From Ktedonobacterales bacterium (GTDB lineage Bacteria; Chloroflexota; Ktedonobacteria; Ktedonobacterales; JADMIN01), in assembly GCA_030167145.1 (NCBI GenBank), contig CP126532.1, forward strand, positions 750,001 to 782,000: 32,000 bases of DNA, given 5' to 3'. Shown in pieces: positions 24,603 to 32,000 of the stretch. The position numbers were made by a program, and so were the translations under genes. How positions within the stretch are numbered: position 1 is the stretch's first letter; each line of letters begins with the position of its first letter. The notes beneath the pieces are model-generated. The model was not told where the DNA came from, searched no databases, and worked only from the letters and a program-made list of their open reading frames with translations.

Positions 24603-25700
24603 ATGCAGAACGGTGATTTGGAGAGCAAGCTGGAAGCGATTGCCAGCCGGTACGAGGAATTGAATACGCTGATGGCGCAGCCGGAGACGGCGACTGATCC
24701 GGCGCTGTTGCAGCGCTATGGGCGCGAACACGCGAGCCTGACGGATGTGGTGCAGACGTATGCGGCGCTGAAGGATGTGCGCGAGCAGATTGCTGGCGCG
24801 ACGGAGATGGCGGATGACGCGCTGGAACCGGAGATGCGCGAGTTGGTGCGCGATGAACTGGATCAACTGCGTGAGCGCGAGGAGCAATTGCTGGCGGACA
24901 TCAAGGTGGCGCTGCTGCCGAAGGATATCATGGACGACCGCGATGCCATCGTGACGATTCAAGCGGGGGCGGGCGGCGACGAAGCGGGGCTGTTCGCGGC
25001 GGATTTGTTCCGCATGTACACGCGCTACGCGGATACGAAGCGCTGGAGTGTGGAGGTGCTGGACGAGAATGAGAGCGGAATCGGTGGCTTCAAGGAAGTG
25101 GTCTTCGAGGTGCATGGGCGCGGGGCGTATGCGCGGCTGAAGTTCGAGGGGGGGACGCATCGCGTGCAGCGGGTGCCGACGACGGAGTCGCAGGGGCGGA
25201 TCCATACTTCGACGGCGAAGGTAATCGTGTTGCCGGAGGCTGAAGAGGTGGAGGTGGAGATTCGCCCGGAGGACATCCGGGTGGATGTGTATCGCTCGAC
25301 GGGGCACGGCGGACAGAGCGTAAATACGACGGACTCGGCGGTGCGGATCACGCATTTGCCGACGGGGCTGGTGGTGACGTGCCAGGATGAGAAGTCGCAG
25401 ATCAAGAACAAGGCGAAGGCGCTGGGGGTGCTGCGCTCGCGGCTGTGGGATATGGAGCAGCAGAAGCGGGCGGCGGAACTGGGCGCGGCGCGGCGTTCGC
25501 AGGTGCAGACGGGGGATCGCAGCGAGAAGATCCGCACATATAACTATCCGCAGGACCGGATTACAGATCACCGGATCAACATGACAGTGCATAATCTGCC
25601 GCGTGTGCTGGATGGCGAGTTGGATCCGCTGATTGACGCGCTGATTACGTCGGATCAGGCGGAGAAGCTAGCGAGCATGTTTGAGGATACACAGAACTGA
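24603..25700 (+). CDS. prfA: Peptide chain release factor 1
   Basis: GGQ motif in STGHGGQSVNTTDSAVRITHLPTG. The RF1-type tripeptide region is RVQRVPTTESQGRIHTSTA. The 365-aa length and N-terminal coiled region are typical. Confidence 0.95.
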   Translation: MQNGDLESKLEAIASRYEELNTLMAQPETATDPALLQRYGREHASLTDVVQTYAALKDVREQIAGATEMADDALEPEMRELVRDELDQLREREEQLLADIKVALLPKDIMDDRDAIVTIQAGAGGDEAGLFAADLFRMYTRYADTKRWSVEVLDENESGIGGFKEVVFEVHGRGAYARLKFEGGTHRVQRVPTTESQGRIHTSTAKVIVLPEAEEVEVEIRPEDIRVDVYRSTGHGGQSVNTTDSAVRITHLPTGLVVTCQDEKSQIKNKAKALGVLRSRLWDMEQQKRAAELGAARRSQVQTGDRSEKIRTYNYPQDRITDHRINMTVHNLPRVLDGELDPLIDALITSDQAEKLASMFEDTQN

Positions 25701-25720
25701 GCAGGCTATCAGTGTAACGA

Positions 25721-25759
25721 GCGCCCCATCCAGTCGCTTTGGGTGGGGCGCATTTCTTT
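25721..25759 (+). terminator. Rho-independent terminator of prfA
   Basis: GCGCCCCATCC / AGTCGCTTT / GGGTGGGGCGC gives an 11-bp stem (one G-U pair) with a 9-nt loop, followed by ATTTCTTT. It starts 21 nt after the stop codon. Confidence 0.65.
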
Positions 25760-26146
25760 GCATGTTGTGGACACAGATTGAATGCGTCCAGATGGACTAC
25801 ATAGTGCTATACATTCCAACTTCTTGCCAGGACATTCGTTGATTCTTACTAGAGGCATATTCACCACGAGCATATTCGCCCACTAGCACCATCATGTCAG
25901 GTCGCTATGAGTCGGCTTCATGCGCTGGCTCAGTTGCGTGCATGCCACGACGCATCATGGTCTGAAGTGGGGTGGTGGCTCTGCCTGCGATGGAACATAC
26001 GCTGATGTCAGAAATATGGAGGGGGTATTTTCCGCTTTTGGCCCTGCGAGGCGTATGTAGGGATAGTGGAAGAGTAACGTTCGGAACACTCGACACGCGG
26101 ATCAGCGTGGGGTGTTGAGAGTTGTGAGAAACAGGAGGGTGGTCTT

Positions 26147-26734
26147 ATGGCGATGGCAGCGGCATTATGGTATTCCAGGGACACGTCCTTCGATGACGAG
26201 ATTGTAGATGAGGAGCGGGCGGCAGGGCCGACGGCCAAGATGCTGCGGTTTTCGGCGCATGCGCGACGGCGCGCGGCGCGGCGCAATATCGTACCGGATG
26301 CGCTGGATTATGTGCTGATGTACGGGCGCACGATTCAGCGGACAGGGGTGACATTCTGCGTGCTGTGCCAGCGCGATGTGCCGTCGGAAGATCTGCGGAA
26401 GAGCTGGGCGGCGCGATTGGTGGGGACGGTGGCGTTGCTGGCGGGCAACGGCGAGATCATCACGGTGTACCGGAATCGGAGCGCGGTGCGGAAGATCGCG
26501 CGGAAGATGAAGTATCGCGTGTTCGGCGCGGGGGCATATGCGGAGGCGAGCGGCGCATCAGCCTATAGGGACTGGTGTGACGAAGACGCCGACGGCGAGG
26601 ATGAGGTAGAACGCGCAGAGCAGCAGACCTTCGAGCCAGGTGGATTCGCCGTCCAGGCTGATGAGCGCGAAGATGCCCGCGACCAGGCCAAAGGTGGCGA
26701 CTTCGAGGATGGTGAAGTTGAGGTCGAGGGGTGA
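26147..26734 (+). CDS. DUF4258-like protein with long acidic read-through tail
   Basis: Strong SD (AGGAGGG 7-8 nt before ATG 26147). The core MLRFSAHARRRAARRNIVPDALDYVLMYGRTIQRTG...GEIITVYRN matches the R-F-S-x-H-A...R-x-I...VL..G...(I/V)-T-V-Y pattern I associate with DUF4258. The last ~60 codons are antisense to the 3' end of the CaCA gene. Confidence 0.45.
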   Translation: MAMAAALWYSRDTSFDDEIVDEERAAGPTAKMLRFSAHARRRAARRNIVPDALDYVLMYGRTIQRTGVTFCVLCQRDVPSEDLRKSWAARLVGTVALLAGNGEIITVYRNRSAVRKIARKMKYRVFGAGAYAEASGASAYRDWCDEDADGEDEVERAEQQTFEPGGFAVQADEREDARDQAKGGDFEDGEVEVEG

Positions 26735-27769
26735 GCCGAGCAGCGGACTGAGAAGAACCAGCACGGGGGCGGCGAGCAGGGCAATCTGGATGGAAGATCC
26801 GGCGGTAATGGCCAAGGAGACTTCCATCTGGTTGCGCAGCGCCATGGTGATGGCGGTGAAGTGTTCCGCCGCGTTGCCGACGATGGGCAGGACGATGAGG
26901 CCGACGAAGAAGGGGCTGAGGCCAACTTCGGTGGCGACGGGTTCGATGGTGCCGACGAGAATCTCACTGGCAACGGCGGTGAGCGCGGTGACGGCGGCGA
27001 GCACGAGGATGGGCAGCCAGAGGGTGTGCTGCCAGAGATACGCGAAACGCTCGGTGAGTGGCGCTGACGCGGATGGCGCAGGTGCGGGTGATTGGTGGTG
27101 GGGGGACGGGGAAGCGGGTCTCTCGCGGGGCGGCTCGGTGAGCGCTGAGTCCTTCGCCGGTGCTGAGGATGCGCGGCGGTGGCCGTCCGTAGGGGTGGCG
27201 CGGAGGCCAAAGACGGAGAAGGCAATATAGGCGACATAGCAGGCGAGCAAGATGACGGCGACCAGATAGCTGAGGGTATGGAGGCTCTGGCCCTGGATGA
27301 TGTCGGTGCCTGGTTGTGGCCCTTCGCCGACGATGGTGAGCAGGGTGGGGATGCCAAGGCCGACGACGGCGAGCGCGAGCATGGCGGCGTACTGGCCAGC
27401 GGTGCGGGCGTCGAAGCGTTGTAGTCCGTAGCGCCAGCCGCCGACGAGCATGGCGGTGCCGAGGACGAGTAGTGCATTGCCGATGATCGAGCCGGCGATG
27501 GAGGCGCGCACGACATCGGGCAGGCCCGCGCGTATGGCGGCGATGCCGATGATGATTTCGGCGGCGTTGCCGAAGGTGGCATTGAGCAGACCGCCGATGC
27601 GCTCGCCCATACGCTCGGCCAGCACTTCGGTGGCGACGCCGATCAGCCCGGCCAGCGGAACGAGCGCCAGGCCCGCCAGGATGAAGACGGCCAGTGGCGG
27701 CGCATGCAGCGCTTCGGCGATGATGGCGGCGGGAAGGGCAATGAGCAGGATATAGAGCCAGCGACTCAT
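26558..27769 (-). CDS. cax: Ca2+/H+ exchanger, CaCA (CAX/ChaA) family
   Basis: Two alpha-repeat signatures, GNAAEIIIGIAAIRAG and GNAAEHFTAITMALRN. About 11 TM helices and a Pro/Ser-rich central hydrophilic loop. Start placed at ATG 27769 (MSRWLYILLIALP), not the ORF-track start 27907. Confidence 0.85.
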   Translation of the reverse strand: MSRWLYILLIALPAAIIAEALHAPPLAVFILAGLALVPLAGLIGVATEVLAERMGERIGGLLNATFGNAAEIIIGIAAIRAGLPDVVRASIAGSIIGNALLVLGTAMLVGGWRYGLQRFDARTAGQYAAMLALAVVGLGIPTLLTIVGEGPQPGTDIIQGQSLHTLSYLVAVILLACYVAYIAFSVFGLRATPTDGHRRASSAPAKDSALTEPPRERPASPSPHHQSPAPAPSASAPLTERFAYLWQHTLWLPILVLAAVTALTAVASEILVGTIEPVATEVGLSPFFVGLIVLPIVGNAAEHFTAITMALRNQMEVSLAITAGSSIQIALLAAPVLVLLSPLLGSPLDLNFTILEVATFGLVAGIFALISLDGESTWLEGLLLCAFYLILAVGVFVTPVPIG

Positions 27770-27949
27770 GCGGAACTCGTCCTCACTATGGTGGCGCGCA
27801 ATGGTAGCGCATCGGCATGCGATGGGCGGCGATTGCTTGCGTGGTGGCACGTCGCCAGTGTGCCATGTGGAGGGGCTGGTGGCAAGAGATATTCCAAGAA
27901 GGGGCATGAGGGTATGAAATGGTATTCGGGAGGTTGACCTAACCCCCGG

Positions 27950-27972
27950 CCCCTTCCCTTCGAGGGAAGGGG
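27950..27972. repeat. Perfect palindromic hairpin CCCCTTCCC-TTCGA-GGGAAGGGG (family D)
   Basis: 9-10 bp GC-rich stem read directly from the sequence. It sits in the intergenic region immediately left of a family B plus C composite. Confidence 0.8.
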
Positions 27973-27996
27973 TGAACGACCTAGCTCCGGCCTGAC

Positions 27997-28060
27997 GGGC
28001 GTCCGCCGGACGCCCCTCTTCGGAACGGACTCAGAGGGGCTGCGCTCTGCTTGCCCTATG
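27997..28060. repeat. Family B hairpin plus family C module
   Basis: GGGCGTCCGCCGGACGCCCCT (stem GGGCGTCC/GGACGCCC) followed by CTTCGGAACGGACTCAGAGGGGCTGCGCTCTGCTTGCCCTATG. This is the same B-then-C order as at 23993-24060. Confidence 0.85.
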
Positions 28061-28251
28061 GAAGGTATGTGGCCGCGTTGCTACGCGCGGACACGACGAC
28101 CGGAGTGCAGGGCGCGTTTCAGTTGTTCCTGACCGGCGCGGCGCTTGTGTATGGCTTGCTCTTCGCCAAGCTGGTTTCCCCGACGCAGCGGCTGCTCGCC
28201 TCACTGGAGTTCACATATCGCAAGTTCTTCGAGAAGCAGGGGCGGTAGGCG

Positions 28252-28593
28252 CTATTCCAGATCTATCTGGATGCCGCCGGTGTAGCGGGCGACGAGATTG
28301 TAGACGAGGGCAGCAACAGCGCCGGTGACGCCGCCGACGACGATGCCCATGAGTACGCCGATGACCAGTCCGCCCAGACCCACGCCAGCGAAGAGCACGG
28401 CATGCTGCCACCCGGCGAAAGCATCCGTGCGAAATAGGGTGACGATGAGCGCGATGATGCCTTGGATCAACCAGAGCAATCCGGTGAGAAAAGCGCCATA
28501 CGCCGATGCGGAGCCAACGCCGATACCTTTGATGGTGCGCCGGGTGATGTCGCGGTCTGAGATCGGCGCTGAACTCATGAAGCTCTCTGCCAT
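28252..28593 (-). CDS. Small membrane protein, DUF3566-like
   Basis: Only the last 113 codons of ORF 28252..29427 look real. ATG 28593 has GAGGAG 8 nt upstream. The protein is MAESFMSSAPISDRDITRRTIKG..., with three hydrophobic helices and the C-terminus VYNLVARYTGGIQIDLE, which resembles the DUF3566 C-terminal pattern. Confidence 0.55.
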   Translation of the reverse strand: MAESFMSSAPISDRDITRRTIKGIGVGSASAYGAFLTGLLWLIQGIIALIVTLFRTDAFAGWQHAVLFAGVGLGGLVIGVLMGIVVGGVTGAVAALVYNLVARYTGGIQIDLE

Positions 28594-28717
28594 GACTCGT
28601 GCTCCTCTGCCGCTGGGATGCGGCGGATAGTGCTGGCCGCGCGTTGTACGCGCTCTGTTGTCGCCCGCTGAGTTCGCGATTTCGCATCTTTTGGACCACT
28701 GCCCGCTATCCGGTGTG

Positions 28718-28726
28718 TGGTAAAAT
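28718..28726 (+). promoter_or_regulatory. Candidate extended -10 promoter element for sucA
   Basis: TGGTAAAAT (TGn + TAAAAT) lies ~80 nt upstream of the sucA ATG in the divergent intergenic region. No convincing -35. Pattern match only. Confidence 0.3.
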
Positions 28727-28806
28727 AGAAGGTGGCGCTGTGTTGGGCGTGTCGCGGTTGACCACGCACAGGCACCGCCGATCAAGAATGTGGCAGGCAC
28801 GAATTG

Positions 28807-31647
28807 ATGAATTTTTGGGATGTTTTTTACGGGCCGAATGCTGGTTATGCGCTGGAACTGTACGAACGCTATCAACATGACCCCAATGCGGTTGATGCGG
28901 CTACGCGGGCGCTCTTTGCGCGGCTGACACCCCCAGATGAGACGCCTGGTTCGCAGATGCGCAGCGCGTCGCCGTCGTTCGCGCCGTCTCAGGCGCCGGT
29001 GGCCGTAGCTGCGCCGTTTGATGTGACGGTGATCGTGCGCGCGGCGCGTGTGGCGCGCAGCATCCGTGAATATGGACATCTGGCTGCCGCGATTGATCCA
29101 CTGGGCAAGGCTGGGCCAGGGGATCCGATGCTCGATCCCGCGACGCATCACCTGACCGATGCGGATCTGGCGGCGCTGCCGGCGAGCATCGTATGGCCGG
29201 ACGCCGGGCCTGATGCTGGCTCGTGCTACGATGCGATCCAACGGCTGCGAGCGATGTATATGGGTTCGACGGGCTATGAATTCGATCATGTGCAGGATTT
29301 CACCGAGCGCGCATGGCTGTATGAGCATGTGGAGGCGGGCACATTTCGCCAGCCGCTGGCGACACGCGAGCGCCGTAACCTGCTGCGGCGGCTGATCGAG
29401 GTTGACGAGTTCGAGGACTTCTTGCACACGACCTTCAGGGGGCAGAAGCGGTTTTCCATTGAAGGCGTGGATATGCTTGTGCCGATGCTAGATGAGTTGG
29501 TTCATGATGCGGCTGTGGCGGGCACACGCGAGGTGCTGATTGGCATGGCGCACCGTGGGCGGCTGAGTGTGCTGGCGCATGTGCTGCGGAAGCCCTTCGC
29601 CAAGATTTTCTCGGAATTTCATAGCGCGCCGAATAAAGAACTCACGCCGTCCGAGGGGTCGGTGGGCATCAACTACGGCTGGACTGGCGACGTGAAATAT
29701 CACCTGGGCGCGCAGAAGGTGGTGAACGAGGGTGATATCGCGCAGGTGAAGTTGACACTTGCCCATAACCCCAGCCATCTCGAATTCGTCAATCCAGTGA
29801 TCGAAGGCTATACCCGCGCGGCTCAGGAACGCCGGGATGCGCCCGGCGCGCCGCGCCAGCAGACCGATATCGCGCTGGCGGTGACGATTCATGGCGACGC
29901 GGCGTTCCCTGGCGAGGGTGTGGTGGCGGAGACGCTGAATCTGTCGCGGCTGCCGGGCTATCAGGCGGGCGGCACAGTGCATATCATCGCCAACAACCAG
30001 ATTGGCTTCACGACCGTCGCCCAGGATGGGCGGTCCACGCTGTATGCCAGCGACCTCGCCAAGGGGTTCGAGATTCCGATTATTCATGTGAATGCGGACG
30101 ACCCCGAAGCCTGTATCGCGGCGGTCCGGCTGGCGCATGCATATCGCCAGCGCTTCGGGCGTGACGTGCTGGTTGACCTGGTGGGCTACCGGCGTTGGGG
30201 TCACAATGAGGGGGATGAACCGGCCTACACCCAACCGCTGCTCTATGCGGCTATCGAGGGGCACGCAAGGGTGCGGAAGCTCTATGCGGAGCGATTGCTG
30301 GGTGATGGTGTGGTGAGCGCGGAAGAAGTCGAAGGGTGGCGCGAAGAGGTGCGCGAGCGGCTGCGGGCCGCACGGAAGACGCTGGAACACAACGGGCTGC
30401 ATGAGGAACAAGCGCCGCTGCATGACTCGCCGCCACTGGTGGCGTTCTCCGCCAGCGTGGCAGAAGACGAGCTACGCGGCATCAACGAGGCGCTGCTAAC
30501 GCGGCCTGAGGCTTTCACTGCGCATCGCAAGCTCGAAGGCACAATGCGGCGGCGACGCGAGGCGCTGGAGAAGGAGAACGGCATCGAGTGGGCGCACGCG
30601 GAGGCGCTGGCTTTCGGGACGATTCTGGCCCAGGGCACGCCGATTCGCCTGACGGGGCAGGATGCCGAGCGCGGCACGTTCAGCCAGCGGCATCTGGTGC
30701 TGCATGATGTGCGGACGGGCGAGGTATATACGCCGTTGCAGCATCTGCCACAGGCGCGCGCGGCGTTCGCGGTGTATAACAGTCCGCTTTCTGAGGCGGC
30801 GGTGCTGGGCTTCGAATATGGCTATAGCGTGCATGCGCCGGACGCGCTGGTGCTGTGGGAGGCGCAGTTCGGCGATTTCGCCAATGCGGGACAGGTGTTG
30901 ATTGACCAGTTCATCGCCGCCGCTCGCGCGAAGTGGCGTCAGACTCCGGGGCTGGCGCTGCTGCTGCCGCACGGCTATGAGGGGCAGGGGCCAGAACATT
31001 CGAGCGGGCGAATCGAGCGGTACTTGCAGCTTGCCGCCGAAGATAACTTGCGCGTGGCGAACTGCACGACGGCAGCGCAGTATTTTCACCTGCTGCGCGC
31101 GCAGGCGGCGTCGCTGGCCAGTGATCCGCGCCCGCTGGTGTTGCTGACGCCGAAGAGCCTGCTGCGGCATCCGCGTGCGGCATCGAGCCTGCGCGACCTG
31201 GCTGCGGGCCGGTTCCAGCCAGTGCTGGATGATCCCATTGCGACGAAGCGGCGCGGGCGCGTGGAGCGGCTGATACTGTGCAGCGGGAAGGTGGCGATAG
31301 ACTTCATAGGCGCCAACACGGAACAGAGCGGCGATGTGGCGCTGGCGCGGGTCGAGTTGCTGTATCCGTTCCCTGAACGCGAGCTACGCGAGGTGATGGC
31401 ACGGTATCCGAAGCTGCGCGAGGTGGTATGGATGCAGGAGGAGCCGCGCAACATGGGCGCGTGGACCTACATCGCGCCGCGCCTGCGCGAGATACTACCA
31501 GATGGTCTGGCGCTGCGCTATGTGGGACGGCCTGAGCGGGCGAGCACCGCCGAAGGGCTGGCAGAGGCGCATGCCGCCGAGCAGGCGCGCATATTGGAAG
31601 CGGCAGTCGCGGACGAGCGCGTCGCCGCGAGCGAAATACAGGGGTAA
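28807..31647 (+). CDS. sucA: 2-oxoglutarate dehydrogenase E1 component
   Basis: The N-terminus MNFWDVFYGPNAGYALELYERYQHDPNAVD is the typical OGDH E1 N-terminal motif. Size (~946 aa), the GMAHRGRLSVLAHVL and HGDAAFPGEGVV (ThDP-binding region) blocks, and a downstream lipoyl-domain E2 gene all agree. ATG 28807 preferred over TTG 28804. Confidence 0.9.
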   Translation: MNFWDVFYGPNAGYALELYERYQHDPNAVDAATRALFARLTPPDETPGSQMRSASPSFAPSQAPVAVAAPFDVTVIVRAARVARSIREYGHLAAAIDPLGKAGPGDPMLDPATHHLTDADLAALPASIVWPDAGPDAGSCYDAIQRLRAMYMGSTGYEFDHVQDFTERAWLYEHVEAGTFRQPLATRERRNLLRRLIEVDEFEDFLHTTFRGQKRFSIEGVDMLVPMLDELVHDAAVAGTREVLIGMAHRGRLSVLAHVLRKPFAKIFSEFHSAPNKELTPSEGSVGINYGWTGDVKYHLGAQKVVNEGDIAQVKLTLAHNPSHLEFVNPVIEGYTRAAQERRDAPGAPRQQTDIALAVTIHGDAAFPGEGVVAETLNLSRLPGYQAGGTVHIIANNQIGFTTVAQDGRSTLYASDLAKGFEIPIIHVNADDPEACIAAVRLAHAYRQRFGRDVLVDLVGYRRWGHNEGDEPAYTQPLLYAAIEGHARVRKLYAERLLGDGVVSAEEVEGWREEVRERLRAARKTLEHNGLHEEQAPLHDSPPLVAFSASVAEDELRGINEALLTRPEAFTAHRKLEGTMRRRREALEKENGIEWAHAEALAFGTILAQGTPIRLTGQDAERGTFSQRHLVLHDVRTGEVYTPLQHLPQARAAFAVYNSPLSEAAVLGFEYGYSVHAPDALVLWEAQFGDFANAGQVLIDQFIAAARAKWRQTPGLALLLPHGYEGQGPEHSSGRIERYLQLAAEDNLRVANCTTAAQYFHLLRAQAASLASDPRPLVLLTPKSLLRHPRAASSLRDLAAGRFQPVLDDPIATKRRGRVERLILCSGKVAIDFIGANTEQSGDVALARVELLYPFPERELREVMARYPKLREVVWMQEEPRNMGAWTYIAPRLREILPDGLALRYVGRPERASTAEGLAEAHAAEQARILEAAVADERVAASEIQG

Positions 31648-31652
31648 CGCAG

Positions 31653-32000
31653 ATGTCCGCAGATGTGATTGTGCCGCAGCTAGGCGAGTCTATCGTCGAG
31701 GCGACGGTGGGCCGTTGGATGAAGAATGAGGGCGATAGCGTCACCGAAGGTGAGTCGCTGGTGGAGCTGGAGACCGAGAAGGTGAATATGGAGGTTCCCT
31801 CGCCTGGCTCCGGTGTGCTACAAACTATCACCAAGCATGAGGGCGACACGGTGGCGGTGGGCGAGGTGATCGCGGTGCTGGCGGAAGGTGGGCAGGCGAG
31901 CGCGACGCAGCCAGTGGCGACGGCAGGCAGCGCCAGCGCAGAGTGGACGGCGGCGGTTGCGCCCGTAGCTGCGGTCGCGGGGGCACGAGCGACGCCGCTG
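31653..32000 (+). CDS. sucB: Dihydrolipoyllysine-residue succinyltransferase E2, N-terminal lipoyl domain (3' end beyond window)
   Basis: Not in the ORF track because no stop occurs within the window. Hand translation from ATG 31653 gives MSADVIVPQLGESIVEATVGRWMKNEGDSVTEGESLVELETEKVNMEVPSPGSGVLQTI..., a canonical lipoyl domain with the ETEKV lipoyl-lysine, then an Ala-rich linker. It starts 5 nt after the sucA stop. Confidence 0.85.
   Translation, partial: MSADVIVPQLGESIVEATVGRWMKNEGDSVTEGESLVELETEKVNMEVPSPGSGVLQTITKHEGDTVAVGEVIAVLAEGGQASATQPVATAGSASAEWTAAVAPVAAVAGARATPL

Noticed and set aside
24594-25592. 332-aa minus-strand ORF antisense to prfA. Similar antisense ORFs lie at 794..1489, 3544..4026, 17765..18622, 19593..20144, 20331..20915, 29488..30423 and 30496..31170.
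   Set aside because: Each lies opposite a gene with unambiguous family motifs and has an Arg/His/Pro-biased composition. All are shadow ORFs.
25894-26119. Small plus-strand ORFs in the low-GC patch (23, 32 and 42 codons, for example 25991..26119), considered as an antitoxin partner for the DUF4258-like gene. Also the minus-strand ORF 25905..26096.
   Set aside because: None has a recognisable SD or a family-like sequence. They cannot be told apart from random ORFs.
26563-27582. 339-aa minus-strand ORF in an alternative frame of the cax locus.
   Set aside because: It is Pro/Ser/Ala-rich with no TM pattern. The 26558..27769 frame carries both GNAAE alpha-repeat signatures and regular TM helices.
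28051-28248. 65-aa plus-strand ORF (TTG start; possible GTG at 28069) with one hydrophobic helix, between the repeat composite and the DUF3566-like gene.
   Set aside because: It has only non-ATG starts, a poor SD spacing (GGAAGG 3 nt from the GTG), begins inside the family C repeat, and matches no family I recognise. It may be a real small protein, but I cannot support it.
28594-29427. N-terminal 278 codons of ORF 28252..29427.
   Set aside because: This part is antisense to the well-supported sucA 5' region and is Arg/His-rich. Only the last 113 codons, from ATG 28593 with a GAGGAG SD, look like a real membrane protein.

Overview
High-GC bacterial chromosomal segment, mostly housekeeping genes. 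I cannot assign a taxon, and every call rests on motif recognition in the supplied translations, not a database search.

Gene content, left to right:
- ABC exporter pair (FtsX-type permease plus ATPase).
- A 901-aa MurF-alanine racemase fusion.
- A DAGK-family lipid kinase.
- A membrane protein with a basic Ala-rich tail, and a tandem PRC-barrel protein.
- A split SUF Fe-S neighbourhood on the minus strand. An Rrf2 regulator, sufC and sufS lie at 11.3-14.2 kb, and sufU lies at 7.25-7.7 kb behind a polytopic membrane protein. A J-domain protein and a DUF4037-like protein sit between them on the other strand. No sufB or sufD is present.
- A DUF3800-like gene and a hypothetical TM protein, transcribed divergently.
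- A CocE/NonD hydrolase, an MFS transporter and RdgB.
- A 990-aa exonuclease-DinG-like protein.
- A candidate 49-aa TM peptide, then prfA.
- A DUF4258-like gene next to a low-GC patch.
- A CaCA (Ca2+/H+) exchanger and a DUF3566-like small membrane protein.
- sucA and the 5' part of sucB.

I found no clear multi-gene novel system with recognisable defence or mobile-element hallmarks: no integrase, transposase, cas, RT or tRNA.

The most unusual signals are non-coding:
1. A 0.87-kb gene-free divergent intergenic region (15.17-16.04 kb) made almost entirely of short direct repeats with a 9-bp internal period.
2. At least three families of short palindromic REP-like repeats that fill most intergenic gaps between 15 and 28 kb. 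They occur as 2-3 copy tandem arrays in one fixed orientation.
3. A tetranucleotide microsatellite that appears to have expanded inside one such repeat.

At the protein level, the DinG-like protein keeps an intact DEDDh exonuclease domain but has degenerate helicase motifs I, II and VI. Many long ORFs in the six-frame track are antisense or alternative-frame artefacts of the high GC content and are rejected.
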